Below, piece after piece: positions 1 through 15,590 of a stretch of 64,000 nt of DNA. The notes under the pieces were generated by a model. It was not told the DNA's origin and made no database searches. It worked only from the letters and a program-made list of their open reading frames with translations. A program made the translations under genes and the position numbers. Each line of letters starts with the position of its first letter. The stretch's first letter is position 1. This DNA comes from Octopus vulgaris (Eukaryota), in the NCBI GenBank assembly GCA_951406725.2, contig OX597816.1, forward strand, positions 38,254,001 through 38,318,000, written 5' to 3'.

Positions 1-1080
1 GTGTATGTGCGTGTATAATTGAATTTTGTTTCAAAATAGTGCTTTAGTTAATAATTAGCATGTTATTAATTGCATACTAAGTTACTGTTTTTTTTTTATT
101 GGACACTAAGTGGCCTATATTTCGTCATGTTTCTAATTTGCTCAAACGCATAACAACATCAGGTAACATGGCGTCAGCTGGGTATAAAAATCCTGTTGGT
201 GTCACTCTTGTTCTTGTGATTGTGACATAATTTCCGGTCAGCTCCGATATGTCAGAGTTGCAAACCTCCAACCCATCTTGTCATACAGTTTAGATTAAAC
301 TAAATAATCACGAGTGAGATTGGGGGGGGGGAGACAGTTGATTTCATGGAGCCCAGCAAATGCCTGGTAGTTATTTCATCGATCCCGAATGGATGAAAGG
401 TAAAGTCAACCTCGGTGACATTCTAACTCAGAAAGTAGACAGATAAAATTCCGCTAGGCATTTTGCCCGATGTTCGCCTCCTTGACTTACGCTAAATAAT
501 TATCTCCTTTGTGTTTTGATGAAGATATGTTCAAGACAATTTTACAACTATTTCTAGTATATCAAGTGATCACCTAAATGGCTCCGTCATATTATTTTAT
601 TTCTGTTCTGATGAAGTAATTTAATTATTACAATTTGTTTGTGAAGATAATTTTCTTTCCTTAAGATTTCGAAAAGCGCAAAATCACAATCCAAAATAAA
701 AAGAAAAGATTAAAATAGTTTTTGTTTTTATCTCGGGATGGTCATTCCGTCAATAATAAACACATGCACTGATTCATTTTCACTTCTTTATTTAAGTATT
801 TAACTAACTAATTAATCGATTGCTTCAATAACCATCCGGTTAATCAATCAGTTATAGTTGGCAAAGTCCTTTCTTTGCCAATTGCGACCTCTGCACTGAT
901 ATGCCCTCCTTACTCACAGTCGAGTAGTTAGTTTGTTAAATAGGTAACCAATTAACGAAAAATAAAGAAATGAAACTGAACCAGTACGTGTGTCTATTAT
1001 TGGCATAATGATCCGCCCGAGATACAGCAAAAATCTCTTTTAAACACACAAGTTCACGTCACGAAATTTGCAAACCAGTA

Positions 1081-1365
1081 TCCTTGTGAGTGGATTTGGT
1101 AGACGGAAACTGAAAGAAGCCCGTCGTATATATGTATATGTATGTATATGCGTGTGTGTATTTGTGTATCTGTGTTTGTCCCCCTAGCATTGCTTGACAA
1201 CCGATGTTAGTGTGTTTATGTCCCCGTTACTTAGCGGTTCAGCAAAAGAGACCGATAGAATAAGTACTGGGCTTACAAAAGAATAAGTCCCGGGGTCGAC
1301 TTGCTCGATTAAAGGCGGTGCTCCAGCATGGCCGCAGTCAAATGACTGAAACAAGTAAAAGAGTA
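1081..1365 (+). mobile_element. SINE family A, 5'-truncated copy
   Basis: Matches the body and tail of the full copies (ccttgtgagtggatttggtagacggaaactgaaagaagcccgtcg ... gcggtgctccagcatggccgcagtcaaatgactgaaacaagtaaaagagt). Confidence 0.9.
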
Positions 1366-1566
1366 TATAAATATATATATATATAGTAAAAGAGAGAAGT
1401 TGATTTATATACATACACGCGTGCACACATCCACACATTAAATACAAACACAAACGCACATATATAAACATACACATAGACATACATACATACATACATA
1501 CATACATACATACATACATACATTCATTCATACATACATATATATATATATATGTATATATATATG

Positions 1567-1599
<33 letters not shown>

Positions 1600-1606
1600 A
1601 TATATG

Positions 1607-1649
<43 letters not shown>

Positions 1650-2094
1650 TATTTGCAGTTATATACGTGTGTGTGGGGGGTCTGTGTCTGCGTGTGCGAG
1701 AGCACATGTGGCTAAGTGTGTGTACGTATTCTTGAAATGCGTGTAGGATATTGTCATAGACTGTGGGTATTCACAGATTTATAGCACATTAAGTTGAGCG
1801 AGAATCGCAGGAATAATAGAAATATGATGCGAAGGAGGTTACTCTATGGTGTGAGGTGGTGTCTTGCATGGATCCAGTGTTCCAGAATTCCTCAATAGGG
1901 TGTATGTAGTTAAGGAATATTTGGGTCACAATATATAGAAATGTAATAAATATGGAGATATAAGCGTTAATAAATATTTGTTATATCTTCTCATATACAA
2001 AGATAAATCAGACACACATACACACATGATATATATAAATACACACACGCGCGCGCACGCACACACAGACATACACACACACATATATACATGC

Positions 2095-2165
<71 letters not shown>

Positions 2166-2234
2166 ATATATGAAAAATATATGTTGTGTTGTAATACCAG
2201 CGATTATAATTATTTTTATTTTATCGCAATTTTG

Positions 2235-2314
<80 letters not shown>

Positions 2315-2349
2315 ATATATATGTATATATATGTATATATATATATATT

Positions 2350-2506
2350 ATGTAGGAGTGGGTATGTGGTAAGAAGCTTGCTTCCCAACCATATGGCTCC
2401 GGGTTCAGTCCCACTGCGTGGTACCTTGGGCAAGTGTCTTCTACTATAGCCTCGCGCCGACCAAAGACTTGTGAGTGGATTTAGTAAACGGAAAGTGTAT
2501 TTATAC

Positions 2507-2591
<85 letters not shown>

Positions 2592-2790
2592 TATATATAC
2601 ATATATTTGTGTGTCTGTGTCTGTTCCCCCATCATCGCTTGACAACTGATGTTGGTGTGTTTACGTGCCCGTGATCTAGCGGTTCGGCAAAATAGACCGA
2701 TAGAATAAGTACTACTAGGCTTGCAAAGAATAAGTCCTGAAGTCGATTTGTTCGACTAAAGGCAGTGCTCCAGCAGGGCCACTGTCATAG
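2350..2790 (+). mobile_element. SINE family A copy with expanded internal (TA)n
   Basis: tRNA-like head (gtaggagtgggtatgtggtaag...gggttcagtccc), conserved body and internal microsatellite. Confidence 0.85.
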
Positions 2791-2821
2791 AAGATACATA
2801 TACATATATATATATACGTTC

Positions 2822-2852
<31 letters not shown>

Positions 2853-3028
2853 TGTATGTATGTATGTATGTATGTATGTATGTATGTATGTAGGTTTGAT
2901 GATACTCATTTATGAACTCAGAACGTGTGCATAAATAAATACTTTTTATTTTATCATTAGCCACTAGAAATTACATAGTGACTCAAGAGCCATGAGTTTC
3001 GTGTGTTGGCACTTATTTTCCACCGATA

Positions 3029-3269
<241 letters not shown>

Positions 3270-3476
3270 CCCTTCCATTATAGGCAAAAGGCCTGAAATT
3301 TTAGGATAGGGGACTAGTCGATTACATCAACCCCAGTTCTTAACTGGTACTTATGTTATCAGACCATAGAGAAGGACGAAATGCCGTTTATCATTTTGCC
3401 CGGCGTCCTAACGATTCTGCCAGTTCGCAGCTTTAATAATAATAATAATGATAATAATAATAATAATAATAATAAT

Positions 3477-3530
<54 letters not shown>

Positions 3531-4111
3531 CTTATAATACATATATATCTTACAGACAGAAAAAGTAAATTTCGAACGCAGTAAAGTTGTCCAGACAGCA
3601 GAAAGATTGGGTTTTTATCTTTATAAGATGGAAAAAGTTGCCACCAGGCGGACTCAAGGGCCGAGATTTTCGTGTGTGCAAACGCCTTAAAAACTCTCGG
3701 CCCTTCACTCACTTTGTTGCTTCTGTTAAATACTAAAAAGAATACATATATATATCAAATATATATATATATATATATATATATACTAATTACGGATATG
3801 TACTTGCATAGCAAGTGACCTGATCTGAGATCGTGTGCTGAAACAAAAACAATTGCGGCGTGGAAGGTGTTTATAAGCCATTTAAAATCACACAAATACC
3901 GTTATATTCACATCAACATTTAAATTTAATTTGTCAAAATCGTCGTCCCTTTGAAACCACGACCTGTTCACTGACAAAATTCTGTGCTGCATCTTATATA
4001 TACTAATGTTTTGAGTTCTATATATATATATATACATTAACATATATATATATATATATACATTATGCATACATTTGTAAGCATGTGTGTGTGTGTGTGT
4101 ATATATGAATA

Positions 4112-4495
4112 AGGCGCAGGAGTGGTAAGTAGCTTGTTTACCAACCACATGGTTCCGGGTTCAGTCCCACTGCGTGGCACCTTGATCAAGTGTCTTCTAC
4201 TATAGCCTCGGGCCGACCAAAACCTCATGAGTGGATTTGGTAGACGGAAACTGAAAGAAGCCCGTCGTATATATGTGTATGTGCGTGTATGTTTGTGTGT
4301 CTGTGTTTGTCCCCCTAGCATTGCTTGACAACCGATGCTGGTGTGTTTATGTCCCCGTCACTTAGCGGTTCGGCAAAAGAGGCTGATAGAATAAGTACTG
4401 GGCTTACAAAGAATAAGTCTCGGGGTCGAGTTGCTCGATTAAAGGCGGTGCTCCAGTATGACCGCAGTCAAAAATGATTGAAACAAGTAAAAAGA
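4112..4495 (+). mobile_element. SINE family A near full-length copy (tRNA-derived; octopus OK/OR-type SINE)
   Basis: Head ggcgcaggagtggtaagtagc...ccgggttcagtccc (B-box-like); near identical to the copies at 18890, 22552 and 49425. Confidence 0.9.
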
Positions 4496-4704
4496 AAGAA
4501 AAAAAAAGAAATGCAAGCATACTGACGTACATACATACATTCATACAGACCTAGAAATAAAAAAAAATTAAAAAAACATACACACAGTGGAGCAGACCCC
4601 ATATATATACATCCTGGCGCTCTGTGCCACTGACTACCGTAACGAAGCGAAGCAAAGCATAAATCCAACACTTCCTCTATAACAAACCGAAAGTATAATG
4701 GTGA

Positions 4705-4788
<84 letters not shown>

Positions 4789-5908
4789 GCACACACACAC
4801 ACACACACACGCACGCACGCACGCACGCACGCACAAAATTTCGGAAGAAAGGGAAGCCTGATGAAATGGGGGTTTAATGTTAATGAAATGAAAGGCTGGT
4901 TTCCTGGTTTCGCAGTTAATAAACTGGTGTCTTGGCACTGATCCCTATTATGAAGGGGAAACTATTGCCTATTTAACCATGACCTCAATTACCAGCGAAT
5001 TACCCCGCGCCAATTAAATGTTTCCGAACATAGATACACACCCGTACATACACACGTACCACATACGCACATGCATATACAAAAACGTCCATACATACAT
5101 ACATACATACATACATACACACATACATACATACATACATACATACACACAAACATACATACACACATACATACATACATACATACATACATACATACAT
5201 ACATACATACATACATACATACACACACATACACACACACATACACACATACATACATACATACATACATACATACATACACATATATACATATATATAT
5301 ATATACATACATACATACATACATACATACATACATACATACATACACATATATATACACACTTACATACACAACCTTATGTGCACTAACTCACCTTATA
5401 GTATATGTGTGTATATGTATGATGTATGATTTTGATGATTTTGATTTTTCCAGTTTCAGCTCATGAGCTGTGGCCATGCTGGGGCACCGCCATTTTGGTG
5501 CATTTTGTATGCATGTGTGTTTATAGTTTACACTTGACAGCAGTTTTGATGGGATGTCCCCCTAATATTCCTTGTATGTATGTATGTATGTACGTTCGTA
5601 TGTATGTATGTATGTATGTATGTATGTATGTATGTATGTATGTATGTATGTATGTATGTATGTATGCATGTATGTATGTATGTGTATGTGTATGTATGTG
5701 TGTATGTACGTACGTATGTATGTATGTGTGTATGTATGTATGTATATATGTATTCATATATGTATGTATAGAAGCATACTTGTATGTATATTCACATATG
5801 CACACCCCACGTACACAACAGACACTCATACACATATATAGACGCAGTCAATCGAATATATTTATCAATTCGAGTTTATCTTTACACTACCACCAAAGCA
5901 TCATCATG

Positions 5909-5971
<63 letters not shown>

Positions 5972-6064
5972 GTGTGTGTATGCAGGTAATTCTTACAGCC
6001 GGTACCCAGCCTTTCTTGGCGTCATACACTTTGAAATACCTAGATTCTAATGAATCCTGCAAAA

Positions 6065-6122
<58 letters not shown>

Positions 6123-6391
6123 CGCCGAGCAGTATATTACTGGTTATGGTATTTAACGGAGCAGAATGTTATTGCCGGTTTTGCGTCAACTATTACACTT
6201 TGCAATAATGCTGGAAATACATAATCTGTATTACGCTGGAGATTCTGGTGGCCTCGTCGCTGGTAACAAGAACCGGAACGAAACAGAGTGAAATGCTATA
6301 AAATATATCGGGATGAAAAGAAGAATTATTTCCCAGGGAGTGATGTTAGCCATTTTCTTGTCCAAAAATGGACAAGACCAATTTGACTAAA

Positions 6392-6538
6392 TCAATTTCT
6401 GCTCATGAATATTTCGTATTTTGAGGTCATGGAAGCACCCAGATCGTGTAAATTGTTTAGAATGAGTCTTCTCTCCGCCAAGCACAGTTTGCAACGTCTA
6501 CTTCCGTTTAGGTTTGGCCTCTTAAGACCTACTTCTAT
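6392..6538 (-). pseudogene. Remnant of a Penelope-like element GIY-YIG endonuclease C-terminus
   Basis: Minus strand reads IEVGLKRPNLNGSRRCKLCLAERRLILNNLHDLGASMTSKYEIFMSRN*, resembling the GxxxCxLCxxE(K/R)xxIL...EI motif recalled from the end of Penelope/Neptune ORFs. No RT domain nearby. Confidence 0.5.
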
Positions 6539-6651
6539 TCAGAAAAGTTGCACACATTTTTCTCTCCTTCCCTAACTTGTTCATTCTCATTTCTCTCTCA
6601 CTCTGTCTGTCTGTCTCTCTCTCTCTCACTCTCACTCTCTCACTCTCACTC

Positions 6652-6694
<43 letters not shown>

Positions 6695-6940
6695 AACATA
6701 TGTTATTCGTGTATTGAAAGTATACACGCACATATCTTAAATTAAAATACACGTGGGATTTAATAAGACAGCTCTAGATTGACACAATGTGACGCACCCG
6801 TATGCAACACACACGCACACGCGCGCACACACGTACACATACGTGCATACATATACATAAATATTAATGCATGTATATATTTATATATACATATATATTA
6901 ATATATGTATATATTCATAAATATATATATATATATATAC

Positions 6941-7024
<84 letters not shown>

Positions 7025-7327
7025 GAGAGTGAGAAAATCAGTAGATAAAGCCAACTAGAGGTTCCCACAAAGCAGGTGTTGATCGATCAATATGATTTCG
7101 TATCGAAATAAGACAGATAATTAAGACAGATCAGAGAAAGTGTTCAACTGGTGACATATCCAGCTGTTTTATTGTATCCTTTTCGGTTAAACACCCTACC
7201 AATTCCACCGTGTGTCATATGAGTTTTATATAGAACTGTTAATGCCGGAAGTCGACTTTACCACCTAAAATTGCTTTCATTTATTTATTTAGTGTGACAT
7301 ACATGTTAGTAATCTTCACTTATAATT

Positions 7328-7365
<38 letters not shown>

Positions 7366-7924
7366 TATGTATATGTGTGTGTATATGTGTGTGCGCGTGT
7401 GTGTGTGCGTATAAAAGTAAAATCCAAGGATTGAGCTGTAGGAGGTTAGTGAGCTTCAAGTAACCCCTAGAAGATAGCTTTGAAACATATGTAGCCTAGA
7501 TGTTACCTACTCCATTCCATAATTATTGAATCTATCTATCTATTTATCTATCTATCTATCAATCTATATGTATGTATGTGTGTGAGTGTGTGTGTGTATG
7601 TATATGTATATATACGTGCACACACATATATCATGTGTGTGTGTTCTCATATGAATACATGTATAATATATACATACGCATACACACAATGACTTACTGA
7701 TGTTGAATATGAAAGCTATCCTCTTGTTTCATCGATAAATAATCGAGGAACATTCTATGTGGTTGCACGATATGACAAAAATACCAGCTAAATCTCACTG
7801 GTTCATCTGCAAAAGGCAGCGGAAAAGACACACACTACGTCAAAAGATTACGATTGAAGTGGCTTTTATAAAAGAAGAATAACAATAATATATGAAAACG
7901 TATGTATATATATATATATATACA

Positions 7925-7986
<62 letters not shown>

Positions 7987-8344
7987 AACATACGTAGCGT
8001 ACATATGTTTGAGAGAGTGTGTATACATACATATACTTAATTGTACATACGTACATGCATGCATACGTATACTTATGCGTGTTTCGAAGGTAAGGGCAAT
8101 GAGTCGAAACAGGGGCAGCTGAAGAAGGGGAATGTTCCTTGTGTTGTATGTCTTGCACTCTGTTTTTTCGTTGTTAAAAAAGTTCGTTTCCTTGTTTTGT
8201 TTTTATGTTTTCGTTTCTCGTTGTGTTCTACGTTTATTTGTGGTGTCCTGTACCCATATATGCATGTATATATACATATAGATGTAGGTATGTACATATA
8301 TGTATGTATGTATGTATGCATATGTTTTATTTCTTAAATTGTTA

Positions 8345-8388
<44 letters not shown>

Positions 8389-8390
8389 AG

Positions 8391-8601
8391 ATCGCCATGT
8401 TGATTCGCTAGCCTCTGCACGCATTTTTTCTCTCCTTGTTTCTCTCCGTGTTTCTTTTCTGTGTATCTTTCTGTTGAAGAGCGTAGGCTCGAAACGTAAG
8501 AGACTTGTTTTATTTATATTCCTGAGCGCCATACTAATGCAATTGTTTGTTTGTATTCCACCTGCCTTCGTCTTTTGTTTATTTTCATAAAGCTTCCCGT
8601 T
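8391..8601 (+). mobile_element. Hammerhead-bearing short repeat (family H1), left arm of an inverted pair
   Basis: About 210 bp unit between (TA)n tracts; contains TCTTT-CTGTTGA-A-GAGC-GTAG-GCTC-GAAA-C-GTA-AGAGA at 8466-8503. Confidence 0.75.
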
Positions 8602-8940
8602 ATATATATATATATATATATACATACATAAATACATACATATGTGCCCGTCTACTAAATTTACTCACAAATTATTGGTCGGGCCGGGGCCTAAATAGAA
8701 GTCACTTACTTAAATTGCTGCCCATTGGGACTGAAGTCCACGCTACATGGTTGCAAAGTGAGCTTCTTAATCATACAATCATCCTTTCACATTAAAAAGA
8801 CAATAGACAGACAGTCATTTCAAATCTTCTGCTCATTTGCCTCCTTCTGTCTGATGAAAGCAACTGAACGGAAAATTCGATGCCACAGTCAAACATTTTC
8901 TTGTGTGAGTGTGTGTGTGTGTATGTATATATATATATAT

Positions 8941-9254
<314 letters not shown>

Positions 9255-9257
9255 ATT

Positions 9258-9302
<45 letters not shown>

Positions 9303-9890
9303 TTATGTATGTATATTTATTTATGTATGTATGTATACACACACACATACAATATTACATATATATATAAATATATACGTAATATTGTATTTGTGTGTGT
9401 ATTTATATATACATACATAAATGTTTGTTTTTCTACCAAATATATACGTTTTTATTATTTTTTTGCAATTTACTTACTCTTCGGTATATTATTGTTATTT
9501 TAATTTTAATATTTCTATTATATATAATTTTCTAGATGGTGTAATTTAATTGTTCATTCTGAATTGATAAAAGGTGTTTTTTTCTAATTTTTATATATCA
9601 TATACATACAAATATATATAATTATTAGATAATAAGTATCCTACCGGTGAGGGATCGATGCTAGATGGGTCAATAAAATTGTAGTGAATAATAAAAATTC
9701 TATCTTCCCTCTCATTAACCAGAAACCACACACACACACACACATACACTCACATACATATATTTTAATGGTGGAATATATGTCAAGTTATGATGAAAAC
9801 AATTTTTCATTAAGGATTACTCAATATTTTTTAAACCACTTTTCTTATAAAATATTTATGTGTGTGTGTGTGTGTGTGTGTGTGTGAACA

Positions 9891-9930
<40 letters not shown>

Positions 9931-9977
9931 CATATATATACATACAAATATAAATATGCATACATATATACATATAC

Positions 9978-10018
<41 letters not shown>

Positions 10019-10116
10019 TATACATATATATATACATATATATATATGTATATATATGTATATATATGTATATACATATATATATATGTATATATATATA
10101 TGTATATATATGTATA

Positions 10117-10174
<58 letters not shown>

Positions 10175-10679
10175 GAGTGAGAGAGAGACATACATACATG
10201 CATTCATACATGTATGCATATATGTATGAATGTATGAATGTATGTATGTATGTCTGTATGTATGTATGTATGTATGTTTGTATGTATGTATGTATGTATG
10301 TATGCATGTATGTATGTTTTCATCTATCCAATCATAAACTTCATTTAAATAGATCCGTATATGCAATGGCATCCACGTCGGCATCCAGGTGTGGGTGTAT
10401 GTGCATGCATGTGCTGTTTAGGCATGCATATGTATACATGCGTTCAAGCATACCTACGTAAACGTACATACATGTATACGTATATACATGCATAAACGTA
10501 TCTATATAATATGGAACTGTAACTTAATTTTATAACACAGCTGACATTGGTTTGCTTGGAGAATGCCAACCACCTCTCTCTCTCCTTCTCACTCCATCCC
10601 CGTCTCTTTCTCCTTCTCTCTCGCTCATTTCTCTCTCTCCTACTCTCTCTTCCTCTGTCTGTCTGTCTGTCTCTCTCTC

Positions 10680-10720
<41 letters not shown>

Positions 10721-10777
10721 TTCACACTCACTTTCTCGGGCGAAACCTTTGCTTCTTAGTGACTTGTGTAACCGAAG

Positions 10778-10839
<62 letters not shown>

Positions 10840-11126
10840 ATAGGTGTATAAATGTAACCTTCATTATTGTTTAGTAACTTGCAGAGAATAAACATTTACT
10901 GATATTGAGATATTAGTAATCTCTATATTCTTTTAACTGGGACTCCAAGTTGAGTTGCTAACGGCATATTGACAAGTCTGGCTTGAATAATCCGTTGAAG
11001 GCGAAAAAAGCAACCCCAGTCATCTCTCTTCCCTCCTTCTCTCTCCCTCTCCTCTACCCTCACTCTCTCTCTCTCTCTACACACACACAGATATATATAT
11101 ATATATATATATATGTATCTGTGAGA

Positions 11127-11180
<54 letters not shown>

Positions 11181-11189
11181 ATATATATG

Positions 11190-11230
<41 letters not shown>

Positions 11231-11254
11231 GTATATATATCTACATATATATAC

Positions 11255-11303
<49 letters not shown>

Positions 11304-11361
11304 TATATATCTACATATACACATATATAAATATATATACATAATATATATAAATGTATGT

Positions 11362-11472
<111 letters not shown>

Positions 11473-11956
11473 AATCTTATGTTTAGGCCCGATTTTCGGC
11501 AAGTTTCTTGTCGATGCCTCCAGAGTGGAAGCAATATTATCGATAATGGCTGAAATTGCGTTTGACTCCTCTGGCCGGTAATTGATGAAGAATTTGTGAC
11601 CTACGTTTTCTGTCCACCTGGGTGTTTAGTATATGCTCGTTTTCTTTTTATTTACTACAAGATTTTTTTTTTAATTATATATACAGGTAGGTCATATTAT
11701 CCGTTTGTTGTCTTTTTATTTAATACTGAAATATATATATATATATAAACTCACACACACGCGCGTAAGTACATAAGTAAGTATACGTTTACGTATGCAT
11801 GTACGTGTGCTCGTATGTGTGTATGGATGTAAATATGTACGAATGTATGCTCGTATGTGCATATGTGCAGTGGTTGTGCAGCACCTTGGGAAAGTTTCTT
11901 CTAATATACCTTTGGTTCGATCTTGTGAGAGGAATTGGTAGGCGGGAACCGTCGGT

Positions 11957-12039
<83 letters not shown>

Positions 12040-12554
12040 TTGTGTTTGTATTTATGTCTGTGTGTCTGTGTTTGTTCCCCACAGTATTGGTGTGTTTAAG
12101 TTCCCGTAACATTAGCGGTTCGATAAATGATATCGATAGAATAAATAGCAATTCAAGTCGATAATGAAAAAAAAAGTGGCAACGTTTTATTTATTTATTT
12201 ACATATTTATTTAGTTATTCATTTATTTATTTTGGTTTCAATGAAGCCGACTCATGGGGCTTGTTGACACAAGTACTGGTTACTGCATGCACACATGTGG
12301 AGATGTGGATGAACTTGAGTTCATTTAGCATGAGTGCATGTCATGTCACAAGAGGGCGCGCTTCGATGCGCATTATCTATGTGCTTATCATTTTTAATGG
12401 GTTGGTGATGGCGCAGGATGTAGACCTTGTAGGTTTTAGGTTAAATAATATGTGGATATTTCAATCCAGGAGCCACAAATAGAGTTCACTGCAATTTTTA
12501 TGAATGTGAGTAGGTATTTATACACACACAAACACACACACGCACATATACATG

Positions 12555-12591
<37 letters not shown>

Positions 12592-12604
12592 ACAAACACA
12601 CACA

Positions 12605-12649
<45 letters not shown>

Positions 12650-12828
12650 ACAAACACACACATATATGTATATATATATATATATATATGTATAAAAAAT
12701 ATATATATAGAAATACAAAATAGGACAAGAACGCAAAACATTCAAATAGACGACGCAAAAAACGGACGCGTCATTTGAAGCCTCTAATCTTCAGTCAAGA
12801 ACAGGATCATCCTCGCAATTTCGGCTGA

Positions 12829-12878
<50 letters not shown>

Positions 12879-13091
12879 CATACATATACATATATATATA
12901 TATATCAGAGGGAATTTTTTACCACTATGTGGAAACCCTTATGCTAGAAGAAGATCTGCTATGGTCTTAACCACTAAGAATTATTCTCCAGAAAATTTAG
13001 CACACCCTAATTTTGATTATATATATATATATATATACAGAAACACACACACACATATAAATATATACATGTATACATGTGTTTCTGAGTT

Positions 13092-13162
<71 letters not shown>

Positions 13163-13324
13163 TTTCAGTGGTCACAAGTTCGTACGGTCAGTTGGAATAA
13201 AGCATTCAAAGATAAGGTTAAGAATATTTTCTCTATAATTGGTAGTATCTCATATACATCATTTCTATCATACATAAATATAATCACACATACATGTATA
13301 TATACATACATAGATATATGAATG

Positions 13325-13359
<35 letters not shown>

Positions 13360-13437
13360 GTATATACATATATATATTTTATATATATATATGTATATAC
13401 ATATATATATTTATATATATATATATTTATATATATG

Positions 13438-13487
<50 letters not shown>

Positions 13488-13562
13488 AATATAATATACT
13501 ATATCTGTAAATATAATATCGAGGTCTCTTTCATTCTTTTTTGTCTTGCCATTTCTATCGAC

Positions 13563-13730
<168 letters not shown>

Positions 13731-14147
13731 TGTCGAAACCATAATGATATCCGTGCTGATGATAAAGGTATGGTGCATTACTGGTATGGCTGTGGAATAG
13801 TATTATAACACATCGTTTTGATGTCCCATTTTTGTATCACCTACCTGTCGGGATGTTTTGCGTTATTGTCCCATTTTGTATTTCATATATATATATATAT
13901 ATATAAACTGATATAAACAAAAATTTTCTATTATTTTGCTCATATTCTGCACACTAGTGTACCCCGAATTTGATGGTCACAACTGAATCTATCTTTATTA
14001 GTGTGCCACACATTTTTGATTTACGTATACATAAAAGCATATATATGATACCTACATACATATATATGTGTGTATGTACGTCGGTGTGTGTATGTATTAT
14101 GTATGCATGTATGTATGTGTATATGTAAGTATATATGTATATATATA

Positions 14148-14210
<63 letters not shown>

Positions 14211-14215
<5 letters not shown>

Positions 14216-14539
14216 CCCCCTTCGGTCATGAATGACCATGGGATTGCACCTAGAAAGTTACCCTCCTAGACACAAGTCCGGGCAAGGTTGTTTATGGAAG
14301 GCCAGCAGTCGCCCATGCATACCGGCCTCCCCTCTCCACGCCACCAGTGTTATCCAAGGGAAAGACAAAGGTCGATACAGCTTGGCACCTGTGACGTCGC
14401 AACTCATTTCTACAGCTGAGTGAACTGGAGCAACGTGAAATAAAGTGCCTTGCTCGAGAACACAACACGCAGCCCGGTCCGGGATTCGAGCTCACAACCT
14501 CTCGATCGTAATCTCGACGCTCTAACCACTGAGCCATGC
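14211..14539 (-). mobile_element. SINE family C (tRNA head, gtgttgtgttctYgagcaag domain)
   Basis: A box tggctcagtggttagagc, B box gagctcgaatccc; homologous to 25048-25372 (-) and 34657-34989 (+). Confidence 0.85.
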
Positions 14540-14619
14540 ATATATATATATATATATATATACATATATATATACATATATACATATATATATATATAAA
14601 TAGAAATATATAAATAGGA

Positions 14620-14693
<74 letters not shown>

Positions 14694-14755
14694 GTATGTA
14701 TGTATGTATATATGTAAGTATGTACATATACGTATGCATATATGCACATATATAT

Positions 14756-14830
<75 letters not shown>

Positions 14831-15067
14831 GGATAAAATCTTAATAAGAAATCTTAACAATATATATATATATATGCATATGTGGGCACAGGACGTCTCG
14901 AAACGAGTACAACAAAAATTACGAAGTACGAGTACATGGAATATGAGCTTTTTTTTTCGAACGAAAAGCTCAAATCGAAAACAAGACAAAGAACACATAA
15001 AAACGACCCATCATCAGTTGTTAGCTGTTTTTCTACTTTCGTATTTTGAGGATATATATATATATAT

Positions 15068-15345
15068 ATAAAATTAGAAAAAAAACACCTTTTATCAATT
15101 CAAAATGAATAATTAAATTACATCATCTAGAAAATTAAAATAACAATAAAATGTCAAAGTTTAAGTAAATTGCAAAAAATAATACGTATATAATACGTTT
15201 TTATTATTATTTTTTTGCAATTTACTTAATCTTTGACATTTTATTGTTATTTTAATTTTAATTTTTCTATTATATGTAATTTTCTAGATGGTGTAATTTA
15301 ATTGTTCATTTTGAATTGATAAAAGGTAGGTGTTTTCTAATTTTA
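15068..15345. repeat. AT-rich fold-back (inverted) repeat
   Basis: 15068-15185 is the reverse complement of about 15200-15345, with an indel; a solo copy of the right arm lies at about 9445-9596. Confidence 0.8.
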
Positions 15346-15437
15346 TACATATATATATTATATTGTGTGAAATTTGATTTAGTATTTCTATATTGAATTT
15401 TTTTCCTTGTAAGTTTGGATTTTATTCCCTCAAATAA

Positions 15438-15506
<69 letters not shown>

Positions 15507-15531
15507 ACACAAAAATATATGCGCTTAGTAT

Positions 15532-15590
<59 letters not shown>

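Noticed and set aside
8078-8142. CGAAAC...CTGAAGA motif (similar ones at 13735 and 18476-18550) as extra hammerheads
   Set aside because: Could not close all three helices by eye, so they are not counted.
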